Numbered from the stretch's first letter, positions 10,809-22,423 are shown. The stretch: 64,000 nt of DNA from an uncultured Gammaproteobacteria bacterium (GCA_964467155.1 CAYXNZ010000002.1:14339-78338); one strand, 5' to 3'. Numbers and translations: made by a program. The notes: generated by a model from the letters alone, not told the origin.

Positions 10809-11792
10809 ATGACAATAACAATAATATTATTTGTATTAGGCTTTATCCTTTTAATAAAAGGAGCTGATATTTTAATAGATGGCTCTTCTTCTATTGCTAA
10901 AAAGTTTGGTTTATCAGCTTTTTTTATTGGTTTAACTGTTGTGGCTTTTGGTACTTCAGCACCAGAATTAGTTGTCAGTGTAACAGCAAATTTTAGTGGT
11001 AGCTCTGGCATAGCTTTAGGAAATATTATTGGTTCAAATATTGCGAATACTTTATTAATTTTGGGTATTGCGGCGATTATAGCACCTTTAGTAATCAAGC
11101 GTAGAACGGTTCATAAAGAAATTCCCTATTCACTTTTAGCTATCTTGGCTGTTGGTATTTTATCGAATGATTTTTTAATTGATCATATTTCTCCTGACGG
11201 TTTAAATAGAATCGATGGCTTAATGTTACTTTTATTTTTTAGTATTTTTATTTTTTATACATTTGGTATATCAAAGGAAGAAGAAAACATTTTTCAAAAA
11301 ACAGTTGGTGAAATTAAAAATCAGGATCAGGAAGAATATAGTATGCTGTTATCTGTCGGAATGATTTTACTTGGTTTATTAGGTCTCGTACTGGGAGGCA
11401 AATGGATAGTCAACGGAGCGATCCAAATTGCAGAGTATTTTGAATTAAGCCAAGCTTTAATTGGTTTAACTATAGTAGCAATTGGTACGTCTTTGCCGGA
11501 ATTAGCAGCCTCTGGTATGGCCGCTTATCGTGGACGAACAGATATGGCAGTTGGTAACGTAGTTGGATCAAATATTTTTAATTTTCTTTTAGTTTTGGGA
11601 GTAAGTTCCACAATAAGTCCTATTAGATATAATACTACTTTAAATATTGATATTTTAATTTTATTAGTAATTACTATAATGCTTTTACCGTTAGTTTATA
11701 TTGGTAGAAAAAATATCATTGGTAGATGGGAGGGGATAGTATTGGTAAGTTTATTTGTGTGTTATTTTATATTTATATTTTTTAGAGGTTAA
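10809..11792 (+). CDS. calcium/sodium antiporter (YrbG/CaCA family)
   Basis: two alpha-repeats GTSAPE / GTSLPE with GNIIGSN / GNVVGSN. Confidence 0.95.
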   Translation: MTITIILFVLGFILLIKGADILIDGSSSIAKKFGLSAFFIGLTVVAFGTSAPELVVSVTANFSGSSGIALGNIIGSNIANTLLILGIAAIIAPLVIKRRTVHKEIPYSLLAILAVGILSNDFLIDHISPDGLNRIDGLMLLLFFSIFIFYTFGISKEEENIFQKTVGEIKNQDQEEYSMLLSVGMILLGLLGLVLGGKWIVNGAIQIAEYFELSQALIGLTIVAIGTSLPELAASGMAAYRGRTDMAVGNVVGSNIFNFLLVLGVSSTISPIRYNTTLNIDILILLVITIMLLPLVYIGRKNIIGRWEGIVLVSLFVCYFIFIFFRG

Positions 11793-11806
11793 TTAATTAA
11801 AATTAT

Positions 11807-12478
11807 ATGACTAAAAACATTTTGATTTTTTTTGGACCGCCTGGGTCTGGGAAAGGGACACAAGCTGAATTGCTATGTCAAGAATTGGATTGGCATAAAA
11901 TTTCCGTAGGAGAACTTCTGCGTCGGGAATTAAAATTAGGGAGTCAGATCGGAGAAAAAGCAAGAAAGTATATTGTGAATGGTGAATTAGTACCAGTTAC
12001 GTTAATAGACTCTTTAGTTAAAAGAAATTTGGAAAAACATAAGAATCGAAGTGGTTTTGTTTTTGATGGATATCCAAGAAATTTGGAGCAAAATCGAGAT
12101 TTTTTTAAGATTATAAAAAATATATTTAACGATACGTATGATATCCATGCTTTAGAAATTTATCTAGACGATAGTGAAGTAAAAGAACGACTTGAAAACA
12201 GATTGGCTTGCGTTTGTGGGGCTGTTTATCATAAAAAGTACAATCCCCCGAAACATAGAGATAAATGTGATATCTGTGGTAAAAAACTTTTTATTCGAAG
12301 TGACGACAAGCCTGATGTAATTAGTCGAAGGTTAAAATTGTATCAGCAAAAATCAGAACCTCTTTTAAAGTTTTGGGAAGAGTCCGATAAGTTAATTAAA
12401 ATAAATGGTGAAAAAAGTATTTCATCCATACGTCAAAGTATAAAGCACAAGTTAAAAGCATTGAAAATAATAAATTAA
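11807..12478 (+). CDS. adk: adenylate kinase with Zn-type lid
   Basis: GPPGSGKGTQA, FDGYPR, lid Cys, RSDD. Confidence 0.96.
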   Translation: MTKNILIFFGPPGSGKGTQAELLCQELDWHKISVGELLRRELKLGSQIGEKARKYIVNGELVPVTLIDSLVKRNLEKHKNRSGFVFDGYPRNLEQNRDFFKIIKNIFNDTYDIHALEIYLDDSEVKERLENRLACVCGAVYHKKYNPPKHRDKCDICGKKLFIRSDDKPDVISRRLKLYQQKSEPLLKFWEESDKLIKINGEKSISSIRQSIKHKLKALKIIN

Positions 12479-12485
12479 AAAAAAG

Positions 12486-13274
12486 ATGATAATAATAAAA
12501 ACAAAGGAAGAGGTGAAAAAAATTAAACAAAGTTGTAAATTATTAGCGAATGTTCTGAAACAATTGTCAGAAGAAGTAAAGCCTGGTATCACAACTGGTT
12601 TTTTAGAAGAAAAAGCTTGTTTTTTAATTGAAAAATGTGGTGCTAAACCAGCGTTTAAAGGATATAAATCAGATAACGATGCAGTCGCTTTTCCGACCGC
12701 TCTTTGTACTTCAATTAATGATGAAATAGTGCATGCACCAGCTCTGCCATCCCGTGAATTAAAAGCAGGAGATATAATTGGTATTGATATAGGTTTAGAA
12801 TATCCAATAAATTCTGGTGCGAGTGGTTATTATTCTGACATGGCCGTTACTTTACCTGTTGGTAAGATAAGCCAACAAACTCAAAAATTAATTAGGACTA
12901 CCAGGGAATCATTGGTCTTAGCAATACAACAAGTGAAACCGGGCAATAGTCTTTATGGTATTGGTAAAGCAGTTCAAGAATTTGTTGAAAACAGAGGTTT
13001 TTTTGTGGTACGCGATTTAGTTGGACATGGTGTTGGTAAAGCAGTTCATGAGGATCCACAAATACCAAATTATAAAACAGAAGCAGCTAAAAAAATTATT
13101 CTTAAACCAGGCATGGTAATAGCAATTGAGCCAATGGTTAATGTCGGTAATTGGCAAATTAAAATGGGTAATGATAATTTATCTATTTTAACTTTAGATG
13201 GTTCTCTGAGTGCACATTTTGAACATACCATTGCTGTCACTGAAGACGGATGTGACGTTTTAACGAAAATTTAA
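12486..13274 (+). CDS. map: methionine aminopeptidase type I
   Basis: CTSINDEIVH, GHGVG..VHEDP, AIEPM, SAHFEHT. Confidence 0.98.
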   Translation: MIIIKTKEEVKKIKQSCKLLANVLKQLSEEVKPGITTGFLEEKACFLIEKCGAKPAFKGYKSDNDAVAFPTALCTSINDEIVHAPALPSRELKAGDIIGIDIGLEYPINSGASGYYSDMAVTLPVGKISQQTQKLIRTTRESLVLAIQQVKPGNSLYGIGKAVQEFVENRGFFVVRDLVGHGVGKAVHEDPQIPNYKTEAAKKIILKPGMVIAIEPMVNVGNWQIKMGNDNLSILTLDGSLSAHFEHTIAVTEDGCDVLTKI

Positions 13275-13276
13275 TT

Positions 13277-13672
13277 ATGATTACATCACATAAAAAATAT
13301 TTAGGTATTGACTGGGGAAGCAAAAGAATCGGCTTAGCGATTGGTGACGATGAAACCAAAATAGCTGTACCATTTTTTGTAGTTGAAAATATAAATAAAG
13401 TATTAAACATAATAAAAGATGAAGATATACAGGTTATAGTTTTGGGTAAGCCATTGTCGATTGTGAATCATGAATTACAAATTACGAATGAAAGTTTTAA
13501 TCTTTTTGTTGATGAGTTAAAAGATAAAATAAAAATACCAGTTAAGATGATAGACGAACGTTTATCTAGCAAGGCAGCTGATGCTCTTGTTGGAGATAAA
13601 AAAACTAAAGCTCCTCGTGACACAATAGCAGCAATGTTAATTTTGCAGAATTATTTAGATAAATTGTCATAA
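13277..13672 (+). CDS. ruvX: YqgF/RuvX family nuclease
   Basis: LGIDWGSKRIGLA, IDERLSS, AAMLILQNYL. Confidence 0.94.
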   Translation: MITSHKKYLGIDWGSKRIGLAIGDDETKIAVPFFVVENINKVLNIIKDEDIQVIVLGKPLSIVNHELQITNESFNLFVDELKDKIKIPVKMIDERLSSKAADALVGDKKTKAPRDTIAAMLILQNYLDKLS

Positions 13673-13675
13673 AAT

Positions 13676-14389
13676 ATGGATAGCACTTTTGGCACTTTTG
13701 GTATTGTGTTAAATCGTTTTCCAGTTAACGAAAACGATGTTAAGGCAATAGTTTACACAAAAGATGATGGTAAACTAGAATTAATAGCTAGGGGAGCCAA
13801 AAAAATGAGTTCAAAAATAGCTGGTCATATTGAGACATTGAATTTTATTAATTTAATGGTAGTCAAAGGTAGACATTATGACTATATTGGTAGTGCAATT
13901 TGTCTAGACTGTTTTTATAATATTAAAAATGATTTTGAAAAAATAAAAGATATTGGTGAGACAATCAATTTTTTTAACTCAGCTATTAAAGTTGGAGAAC
14001 CTGACAAGAAAATATTTGAATTATTAAAAAGTTTTTTAGAGACAGTAAATAAAAAAGAAACTGACAGTGAATTGCTGAGCAGTTTTTTTATTTTTAAATT
14101 ATTAATTGAGCTTGGACATGGTCCAGAATTATATAATTGTTTAAGCTGTGGTAGTAAAATAAAAGAAGAAAATAATGTTTTCGATTTGAAACAAGGCGGA
14201 TTAACTTGTCAAAAATGTTTGAGAAGACCAGGTAAAAATTATCAATTGACAGTCTCGCCAGAATGCATTAAAGTATTACGACTGATAAAAAATTCAGATA
14301 TCAATAAATTTAATTTAAAAATTAAGCAGAAAGAAAAAAACGACATTTTAAAAATTATCAGTTCTTTAGAAAAGTATATTAGCTGTTAA
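13676..14389 (+). CDS. recO: DNA repair protein RecO
   Basis: GIVL...END..YTKDDGK..ARG; Zn motifs CLSCG...CQKC. Confidence 0.92.
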   Translation: MDSTFGTFGIVLNRFPVNENDVKAIVYTKDDGKLELIARGAKKMSSKIAGHIETLNFINLMVVKGRHYDYIGSAICLDCFYNIKNDFEKIKDIGETINFFNSAIKVGEPDKKIFELLKSFLETVNKKETDSELLSSFFIFKLLIELGHGPELYNCLSCGSKIKEENNVFDLKQGGLTCQKCLRRPGKNYQLTVSPECIKVLRLIKNSDINKFNLKIKQKEKNDILKIISSLEKYISC

Positions 14390-14413
14390 CAAAAAAGAAG
14401 GAGGGGGTGCGTT

Positions 14414-14722
14414 ATGATCTATTTAATTGCAGAAAAAGATGAGCTCAGAGATGAGGAGCTAGGAGAAAAGACATTAGGAAAGATTGTTGATGATATGGGA
14501 ATACTGTTTGGTTTTTTTGTTAGCATTAACGAACCGTCAATAGTAGAAGAGGGAGGGAAATGGGAGCTAATAAAAATTTTTAATTACGAAACAGAGCTTC
14601 ATTCGGAGTTTGGTCGAGAGATAACTTTTTTGTCAGGTGTTTTAAGGCAAAATGATTTAGAACTCAAGGCGAGAATAAACACCATCATGTTTCCTGCCGA
14701 ACTTCTAGAGAAAAAGAAATAG
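14414..14722 (+). CDS. hypothetical protein
   Basis: 102 aa ORF with strong SD (AAGGAGGG). Confidence 0.65.
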   Translation: MIYLIAEKDELRDEELGEKTLGKIVDDMGILFGFFVSINEPSIVEEGGKWELIKIFNYETELHSEFGREITFLSGVLRQNDLELKARINTIMFPAELLEKKK

Positions 14723-14875
14723 ACTGATTTTAACTTATTAATAGATAATTTCAGTCTTTTTTCTTGCTTAAATTAGGTAAATGCGTTAAAATTATAATAG
14801 TAAAAAGCGTTATTAAGTTAACGGATAATTAGCTAATTTTAGCTATTTTTATTAATTTTTTAAATTATATTTTAT

Positions 14876-16648
14876 ATGTTGAGAACACATACTTGTGGAG
14901 AATTAAGAAAACAGAATGTTGGTCAGGAAGTTGTCCTATCTGGATGGGTGCATCGTCGTCGTGATCATGGTGGTGTTATTTTTATTGACCTACGTGATCG
15001 TTATGGTTTAACACAAATAAAATTTAATCCAGATATTGACAAAAAAGTTCATGCCGAAGCTGACAAACTGCGAGGTGAGTGGGTGATAAAAATTAAAGGC
15101 AAAGTCGTGTTTCGTCCTGGTGATATGGCGAATAAAAAATTAGACACTGGAGAAATCGAAGTGGAATGTTCGGAATTAACAATTTTTTCTAAAGCTAAAA
15201 CTCCACCTTTTGAAATTGATGAAGAAAAAGCCAATGACGTCAATGAAGAATTAAGAATGAAATATCGCTACATTGATTTACGCAAACAAGATTCAATGAA
15301 CGTATTAGTCAAAAGGTATGAATTTATAAAATTTATCAGAGATTATTTATCAAAATTAAATTTCATTGAAGTGGAAACTCCAATGCTTGGAAAAAGTACT
15401 CCTGAAGGAGCTAGGGATTTTTTAGTTCCTTCAAGGCTTCAACATGGCGATTTTTATGCTTTGCCGCAATCACCTCAGCAATACAAGCAACTTTTAATGA
15501 TTGGCGGAATTGATAGATATTTTCAGGTGGCAAAATGTTTTCGCGATGAAGACACTAGGGGAGAAAGACAAGCTGAATTTACGCAATTAGATATTGAAAT
15601 GTCCTTTGTTGAACAAGATGAAGTTTTGGATATGACTGAAGATTTAATGACCAAAGCAATAGAAAAAATATTTCCAGAAAAAAAGATTTTATCAAAGCCA
15701 TGGCCTCGGTTAGATTATGAGGAAATAATGCTTAAGTATGGTATCGATAAGCCAGATTTGCGTTTTGATTTAGAAATTCAGGATATTTCAGACTTAGTCA
15801 AAGACAGTGGATTTAAAGTTTTTAAAGAAGTAATAAAAGATGGCGGAGTTGTTAGGGCTATTTGTGCGACTGGCGCAGCTAAATTTGCAAGAAGAGAGAT
15901 AGACGAATTGACAGAGATGGTAAAACAATCTGGCGCTAAAGGATTAGCTTATATTATAGTAAAAGAAAATGGCGAATTACAATCTCCAATAGTTAAATTT
16001 ATCGGCGAGAATTCAGCCAAAGATATAATTAAAAAAGTTGACGCTAAAGCAGGTGATATAATATTTTTTGGAGCAGATAAAAAAAGTATAGTTTGCGAAA
16101 GCTTGGCTCAATTGCGAAATGAATTAGGTAAAAAGTTGGGCTTAATTGAAGATAACATAATTGCCTTAGCTTTTGTGGTTAATTTTTCATTGTTTGAAGA
16201 AGAAATGGAGAATGGTCATTATGCGCCTTCTCATCATATGTTTACGTCTCCTTGCCAAGAAGATGTAAAATTATTAGATTCTGATCCTGGTAAAACTAGG
16301 TCATATCAATACGACATGATTGGTAATGGGTACGAGCTGGGAGGAGGAAGTATCAGAATTCACGATAAAAAAATTCAAGAAAAAATATTTGATTTAATCG
16401 GTTTTGACGAAAAAAGAAAAGAACAGTTTAGCCATTTTTTACGCGCGTTTGAATATGGCGTTCCGCCTCACGGAGGCATTGCGTCTGGTCTTGATAGATT
16501 ATTAATGGTGTTGATGAACAAACAAAGCATTCGTGATGTCATGGCTTTTCCTAAGACTGGTGATGGCCGAGATTTAATGATGGATGCGCCAAGCGAAGTG
16601 GAAGATAAACAGCTTAAAGAACTTAAAATTAAAATAAAAAAGGATTAA
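14876..16648 (+). CDS. aspS: aspartate--tRNA ligase
   Basis: [37 protein letters not shown]. Confidence 0.99.
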   Translation: MLRTHTCGELRKQNVGQEVVLSGWVHRRRDHGGVIFIDLRDRYGLTQIKFNPDIDKKVHAEADKLRGEWVIKIKGKVVFRPGDMANKKLDTGEIEVECSELTIFSKAKTPPFEIDEEKANDVNEELRMKYRYIDLRKQDSMNVLVKRYEFIKFIRDYLSKLNFIEVETPMLGKSTPEGARDFLVPSRLQHGDFYALPQSPQQYKQLLMIGGIDRYFQVAKCFRDEDTRGERQAEFTQLDIEMSFVEQDEVLDMTEDLMTKAIEKIFPEKKILSKPWPRLDYEEIMLKYGIDKPDLRFDLEIQDISDLVKDSGFKVFKEVIKDGGVVRAICATGAAKFARREIDELTEMVKQSGAKGLAYIIVKENGELQSPIVKFIGENSAKDIIKKVDAKAGDIIFFGADKKSIVCESLAQLRNELGKKLGLIEDNIIALAFVVNFSLFEEEMENGHYAPSHHMFTSPCQEDVKLLDSDPGKTRSYQYDMIGNGYELGGGSIRIHDKKIQEKIFDLIGFDEKRKEQFSHFLRAFEYGVPPHGGIASGLDRLLMVLMNKQSIRDVMAFPKTGDGRDLMMDAPSEVEDKQLKELKIKIKKD

Positions 16649-16655
16649 AATTATT

Positions 16656-18041
16656 ATGTTAATTGATATAAAAGATATTTTTCAACAAGCGGATAAATAT
16701 TTAGATAAAACAATTGAAATCGAAGGTTGGATTAGAACAGTCAGGAGTTCTAGTAATTGTGCTTTTATTGAATTAAATGATGGCACTTGTTTTAGAAGTT
16801 TGCAGTTAATAGCGGAAGATAGTTTGAGTGATTTTGGAAAAATTACAAAGATATTTATTGGTTCGGCCGTAAAAGCAGAAGGAAAATTAGTAAAATCGCC
16901 AGCTGCCGGTCAAGCCGTTGAATTAAAGCTAGACAAAATAGAAGTTATCGGAGATTCAACTAACGATTATCCTCTACAAAAAAAGAAACATTCATTTGAA
17001 TTTTTAAGAACTATTGCTCATCTGCGTTCAAGGGCAAATACTTTCAGAGCTGTTTTTCGTTTACGTTCCGTTTTGGATTTTGCTATTCATAAATTTTTTC
17101 AAGATAGAAATTTTATTTATGTTCATTCTCCAATTATTACCACCAGTGATTGTGAAGGAGCAGGTGAAATGTTTAAAGTGACAAATCTTGATTTTAAAAA
17201 AATTATTGCCAATAAAGATGAGATTGATTATAGTAAAGATTTTTTTGGTAGAGAAGCTAGTTTGACCGTTAGCGGACAATTAAACGCTGAAGCAATGGCA
17301 ACGGCCTTTAAAAAAGTTTATACTTTTGGACCGACTTTTAGAGCTGAAAATTCTAATACTGCTCGTCATGCAGCAGAATTTTGGATGTTGGAACCAGAAA
17401 TTGCTTTTGCCGATTTGAAAGATGATATGCAATTAGCAGAAGAGATGATTAAATATTTGATAAATTATGTATTAGAAAATTGTCCAGAAGAGATGGAATT
17501 TTTTAACAAGTTTATTGACAATACTTTATTTGAAAGATTAAAAAATGTTGCTAAAGCAGAATTTGAACAAATTACCTACACTGAAGCGATAGAATTTTTG
17601 GAAAAATCAGATCAAAAATTTGAGTTTCCAGTTAAATGGGGAGTTGATTTACAAACTGAACATGAACGATATTTGACTGAAAAAATATTTAATAAACCAG
17701 TTTTTGTAACTGATTATCCGAAAGAAATAAAAGCTTTTTACATGAGATTAAATGACGACGAAAAAACAGTGGCAGCGATGGACTTATTGGTGCCAGGCGT
17801 GGGAGAAATTATTGGTGGTAGCCAGAGAGAAGAAAGAATTGATATTTTAGAGAAGCGGATGAAAGATTCAGGACTAAAAACAGAGGATTATCAATGGTAT
17901 CTAGATTTAAGGAAATATGGTGGAACAAAACATGCTGGTTTTGGATTAGGTTTTGAGCGCGTCATTATGTATTTAACTGGTATGGCTAATATTCGTGATG
18001 TAATTCCGTTTCCTAGAACGCCAAAAAACGCAGAATTTTAA
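16656..18041 (+). CDS. asnS: asparagine--tRNA ligase
   Basis: [36 protein letters not shown]. Confidence 0.98.
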   Translation: MLIDIKDIFQQADKYLDKTIEIEGWIRTVRSSSNCAFIELNDGTCFRSLQLIAEDSLSDFGKITKIFIGSAVKAEGKLVKSPAAGQAVELKLDKIEVIGDSTNDYPLQKKKHSFEFLRTIAHLRSRANTFRAVFRLRSVLDFAIHKFFQDRNFIYVHSPIITTSDCEGAGEMFKVTNLDFKKIIANKDEIDYSKDFFGREASLTVSGQLNAEAMATAFKKVYTFGPTFRAENSNTARHAAEFWMLEPEIAFADLKDDMQLAEEMIKYLINYVLENCPEEMEFFNKFIDNTLFERLKNVAKAEFEQITYTEAIEFLEKSDQKFEFPVKWGVDLQTEHERYLTEKIFNKPVFVTDYPKEIKAFYMRLNDDEKTVAAMDLLVPGVGEIIGGSQREERIDILEKRMKDSGLKTEDYQWYLDLRKYGGTKHAGFGLGFERVIMYLTGMANIRDVIPFPRTPKNAEF

Positions 18042-18067
18042 AATAATTTTTTAAAAATAAAAAAACC

Positions 18068-18643
18068 ATGCTTATAGCTGTAGATTGTGATGATGTATTG
18101 GCTGATTCAATGGGAGTTTTCATAGATTATTACAACAAGTATTACAATAAATCATTAACCAAAAATCACTTTTTTACTAATTTGTGGTGGGAGGTAATGG
18201 AAGATAAACAAGATATAGTTATTGGTAGATATTTAGATTTTATTAAAAGTAACTATTTTGATAATATTAAACCAGTCTTAGGAGCAAAGGAAGCATTAAA
18301 AAAGTTAAAGCAAAAACATGAATTAATTGTTGTTACTGGTAGACCAAATAGTATTTTGAAAAAGACTGAGAGATGGATAGAAAATTATTTTGCAGGAATG
18401 TTTAATGGTATATATAGCACTAATTTACATTTTACTAGTGGTAAAGGATTAACAAAAGGCGATATTTGCAAAGAGAAAAAAGTTGATTTGTTAATTGATG
18501 ATTATGTTGAGTTTGGATATGAATGCGTAGCTAATAATATAAATGTTCTTTTGATGGATCAGCCATGGAATAGCCAAGCGGAATTACCTCAAGGAATAAC
18601 CAGGGTAAAATCTTGGCAAGACATATTAGATAAAATTGATTAA
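18068..18643 (+). CDS. HAD-superfamily 5'(3')-deoxyribonucleotidase-like protein
   Basis: AVDCDDVLAD motif I, VTGR, LLIDD, PWN. Confidence 0.88.
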   Translation: MLIAVDCDDVLADSMGVFIDYYNKYYNKSLTKNHFFTNLWWEVMEDKQDIVIGRYLDFIKSNYFDNIKPVLGAKEALKKLKQKHELIVVTGRPNSILKKTERWIENYFAGMFNGIYSTNLHFTSGKGLTKGDICKEKKVDLLIDDYVEFGYECVANNINVLLMDQPWNSQAELPQGITRVKSWQDILDKID

Positions 18644-18666
18644 ATTTATTTATATTTTAAAATATT

Positions 18667-18948
18667 ATGGAAAATAAATTTGAACAAAATGGCGGTAGTA
18701 AGGAAATTATAAATCTTGAAAAATTAAAAAATGATTTGAAAATATGGTTAAAATCTGACATGATTGCTAATCATGAAGAATGGCAAAAATTCCATAAAAA
18801 ATTAGAAGAAAAATATCCAGATTGGAGCGATTATGAGATGTATCATTTTGGAATCAGTACTCCTTCGGAAAAACTTTCTAATTTTGATTTTCCAGATGAA
18901 GATTCAATCGTAAAATTTATAGAAGACAAAAACAAGGAGTTGTTATAA
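18667..18948 (+). CDS. hypothetical protein
   Basis: 93 aa ORF packed in a co-directional run. Confidence 0.65.
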   Translation: MENKFEQNGGSKEIINLEKLKNDLKIWLKSDMIANHEEWQKFHKKLEEKYPDWSDYEMYHFGISTPSEKLSNFDFPDEDSIVKFIEDKNKELL

Positions 18949-18970
18949 AAACAAAAGTAAAAATAATTTT

Positions 18971-19273
18971 ATGCGGTTATCAAAGCTGCAAAAATATATT
19001 TTAGTAAAGTGCTATGATAAAAAACATAGCACGGAATCAAAGGGGGAGTTTTATGTTTTCTATCCAAAATCAGAATTAGCCAAGAATAAAAAATTTATTC
19101 AAGACACAATTCATAAAAGTATAGAAAATTTAGTTGAGAAAGACTTATTAGTTACTTATGGCAGAAAGACAGCTCAGAAATGGTTTATTAATAAAGTAAA
19201 ACTAACAAAAAAGGGCAGACAAAAAACGATTGAAATAATAAAAAGTAAGCAACGTAAGTTGCCAATAAAATAA
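18971..19273 (+). CDS. hypothetical protein, possible winged-helix DNA-binding fold
   Basis: LSKLQKYIL...SIENLVEKDLL...VKLTKKG resembles wHTH. Confidence 0.6.
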   Translation: MRLSKLQKYILVKCYDKKHSTESKGEFYVFYPKSELAKNKKFIQDTIHKSIENLVEKDLLVTYGRKTAQKWFINKVKLTKKGRQKTIEIIKSKQRKLPIK

Positions 19274-19321
19274 TAATAAAATAAAACTCATTTTAGAATG
19301 AGTTATTGGAGGACTAAATAC

Positions 19322-20248
19322 ATGAATCAATCAAATAATAATGCTAAGTTTGCCTTTTTCTACATGCTTTCTTTGGTGGCGTTAATTTTTATGGCGTTAT
19401 CCGCTGGCATGATAGTGTTTCAGATTATTAATAAATTGATTAAAGATATCATTGAACAATATAGCGGTAGTTTTAATTCAGGTTCTTTGAAGTTTGCGAT
19501 TTCGGCACTGATTATATCAACACCAATTTATTATTTCACAGCTAGACAGATTTATAAAAATTTATACACAGGTGCCTTAAGTAAAGATTCGGGTATACGT
19601 AAATGGTTAACATATTTTATTTTATTTGTATCTTCGGTCGTTATGATTGGTTGGTTAATCGGTACAATCAATACCTTTTTGGACGGAGACTTGACTTTGA
19701 AGTTTGCCTTGAAATCTTTAACTGCTGTAGCAATTGCTGGTGCAGTTTTCGGTTTTTATTTTTATGATATTAAGAGAGAAGAAATTGCAGGAAAAAAGGA
19801 TATGATAATCAAAACATTTTTTTGGTCTTCTCTTATAATTATTTTAGCGATATTTATCGGCAGTTTGTTTATCGTTGAATCGCCAAAGGAAACTAGATTG
19901 AGAAAAATTGATGAAGTTGTTTTGAATAGATTTAATAGCATAGACAATGCTATAAATATGTATTTTGCAGACATGGAAAAATTACCAAAAAATTTAGATA
20001 CAATCAGTGATTATAGTAATCATTTAAGTAAAGACGAATTGGCTGATCCCGAGACAGACAAGAAGTTTGATTATAATGTTTTATCAGAAAAAAAATATGA
20101 ATTATGTGGAGATTTCAGAACATCTAATCTTGATCAAGAAGATATTCGAGCGGAATATTTTAAGGAACGTTGGCCACACGACACTGGTTATCAATGTTTA
20201 ATGCAATTAGTGAATGTTAGGGAAGGCTTAGAAAGGCTTGACCGATAG
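19322..20248 (+). CDS. multi-pass membrane protein (DUF5671-like) with C-terminal pilin-like soluble domain
   Basis: five TM segments, SGIRKWLTYFILF, then SPKETRLRKID...DPET..FDY..YELC. Confidence 0.7.
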   Translation: MNQSNNNAKFAFFYMLSLVALIFMALSAGMIVFQIINKLIKDIIEQYSGSFNSGSLKFAISALIISTPIYYFTARQIYKNLYTGALSKDSGIRKWLTYFILFVSSVVMIGWLIGTINTFLDGDLTLKFALKSLTAVAIAGAVFGFYFYDIKREEIAGKKDMIIKTFFWSSLIIILAIFIGSLFIVESPKETRLRKIDEVVLNRFNSIDNAINMYFADMEKLPKNLDTISDYSNHLSKDELADPETDKKFDYNVLSEKKYELCGDFRTSNLDQEDIRAEYFKERWPHDTGYQCLMQLVNVREGLERLDR

Positions 20249-20378
20249 AAAAAAAACGTTTAGAATTATTTATTGTCAATAAAGCTCAATGAGGATTTTC
20301 ATCTTGAGCTTTTTATATAAACGATCTTTTAAAATAATGAGATTAAAATGAAATTTTATGGGAAGGAGGGGTGAATTC

Positions 20379-20660
20379 ATGAAAAATGTTCTAGGAAGTA
20401 TTACAGGGAATCTGAAAGTTTGGGAAGAAAATATTAGCAAGGAAGAAACACACATTTTAGTAGCAATTAGAATCGGCTGCGAAAACGACAAAAGGATAAA
20501 AAGGATGGCCGAGGAGACCAGAGATGAAAAAATGTTGGCTTTAAGACATCAGAACTACGAGATGACCGGAGAAGAAAGCAAAAAGGAAGAGGGTTTTTCC
20601 GTTACGGAGTACGTTTTTACATGGAGCGAATGGAAAAGAAAAGTTATGAGAAAGGGGTGA
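20379..20660 (+). CDS. hypothetical protein
   Basis: ATG 20379 preceded by GGAAGGAGGGG. Confidence 0.55.
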   Translation: MKNVLGSITGNLKVWEENISKEETHILVAIRIGCENDKRIKRMAEETRDEKMLALRHQNYEMTGEESKKEEGFSVTEYVFTWSEWKRKVMRKG

Positions 20661-20870
20661 AAATTTGGCGAAAAAGCACAAGAGGAACGGGAGGTGTGTA
20701 GGTAGACCGAAGATGTGCGAGAAGACGCCTGGTTAGAAGGCTTGTTTGAAACAATTGAAAAGTAAGCGTCCAGGAATTTGTCGTCAGTGCAACGCTCCAG
20801 AGATTCAAAAAATAAAAGAACGGATTTTTGGGTTATAAAACACAAAAAAACAGAAAGGAAGGAAAAGAAA

Positions 20871-22385
20871 ATGGTACAAAAACCAGTTATATTTCCGTTG
20901 GATGGGTATATGAAAGCGCATCAGGCCTTGTTTGACTTTAGGTCAATACTCAGGGAACCAGGAATGAAGGAATTAATCAGTTTTGCTAAAGGTAACGACC
21001 TTTTTCACTGCGACGATATGCCTGGGCCGGCTGTCATGAAAGCACTTGGTAAAATCGCAATAGAAGAGAATACGGATGTCGGAATTTTTCTTGACCTGAA
21101 ATTGGCTGATGTTAAGAATACGGACATGAACACCGCTAGGCACTACGCTGATTCATTTCCAGGCAAAGGGATTATTACCATCAGTGATAAGGTTAACGGC
21201 GAGGGATTTCTCTATGTTAGGAGGGCATTGCCCAATGTTAAGTTGGCGTTGGTTAGCGTATTGACTGATATGAAATCTGAAGTCTGTGCTCCTCGCTACG
21301 GGAATTATCCTGATACCGAGATTTTACACATGGTGCGATGCATTCAGTCGGAGTATGAAAAAGTGAGGACGGAAAAAGATCCCAAATATGCCTTTGACCT
21401 CATAGTTTGCTCGGCTAACGAAGTTGCTTTTCTTAGACAGGTTTTGGGATTTATTTATGGTTATATTTGTCCGGGCATTAGAGACTCTTGGATGACTGAA
21501 GGACAACAGGCGAGAACGGCTGGAGTAAAATGGGCACTAAACCAGGGTGCTACTTATCTGGTTATGGGTGCACAGATGGCCAAAGGTAATCCTGAAAAAG
21601 GGGTGACAGCTGAACAGAGCCGGCAAATGACCATAGAAGAAGTCAAGAAATCAAATTACATCGAAATCATTCCCAGTGATCCATTGGCTACGCTTACCAA
21701 CTGTGAAGGCTATTATGAAAGTCCAGTTGATAGTGACGGAAAGAGTAAGGGGCCCTTAGTTGCCTATGCTGGAAGTTATGAAGTGGAAGAGGGAAAAGAC
21801 AAAAAAAAGAATCTCGTTGGCTTCGTCTATTTCAATTTTGCCAAAGCCGAACAATACCCTCTACCAAGAGATTACTTTGCACGCCAACTTGCGCAGGTTA
21901 TCGTTGAACAGGTGGGTATACCAGATGTCGTGATCGGAGCACCTATGGGTGGCATTATGATGGCGGTGGAAGTTGGTCGCATTCTTGGCTGTCGGACTAT
22001 CTTCGCCGAAAAAAAGGTTATTGCTTTGGCCGATATCAAGACAGGCGAAAAAGAGCAATCCGAGCTGATTATTAATCGACATGATATTAATCCTGGAGAC
22101 TTTGTGGTTATTATCGAAGATGTCATTAATAATCTGTCGACTCCAAAAAAGATGATCGGCATCATCAATGAGAGAGATGGCAATCTTCTCGGTATTGCAG
22201 CCCCGTTCAGCAGGTCACAAAAGACTGAATGGAATGAATTGCCAGTTGCAGCAGGCACGCACAAGCCTCTGAAGCAGTTCAAACAGGAAGATCCAGTTGT
22301 TGCCGACTTAATCACGGCCGGCTACATCGTCTGGTCGCCAAAACAGCAATGGGCACAACTCAAGGAGGCGATGGAAGAAGGGTAG
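20871..22385 (+). CDS. fusion of OMP decarboxylase (PyrF-like) and orotate phosphoribosyltransferase-like (PyrE-like) domains
   Basis: FLDLKLADVKNT (DxKxxD), CPGIR, QQART; then GAPMGG, FAEK, VVIIEDV. Confidence 0.85.
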   Translation: MVQKPVIFPLDGYMKAHQALFDFRSILREPGMKELISFAKGNDLFHCDDMPGPAVMKALGKIAIEENTDVGIFLDLKLADVKNTDMNTARHYADSFPGKGIITISDKVNGEGFLYVRRALPNVKLALVSVLTDMKSEVCAPRYGNYPDTEILHMVRCIQSEYEKVRTEKDPKYAFDLIVCSANEVAFLRQVLGFIYGYICPGIRDSWMTEGQQARTAGVKWALNQGATYLVMGAQMAKGNPEKGVTAEQSRQMTIEEVKKSNYIEIIPSDPLATLTNCEGYYESPVDSDGKSKGPLVAYAGSYEVEEGKDKKKNLVGFVYFNFAKAEQYPLPRDYFARQLAQVIVEQVGIPDVVIGAPMGGIMMAVEVGRILGCRTIFAEKKVIALADIKTGEKEQSELIINRHDINPGDFVVIIEDVINNLSTPKKMIGIINERDGNLLGIAAPFSRSQKTEWNELPVAAGTHKPLKQFKQEDPVVADLITAGYIVWSPKQQWAQLKEAMEEG

Positions 22386-22423
22386 AGTTCGCTTCTACCA
22401 AAATAAAATAAATAAGGTTCAAC

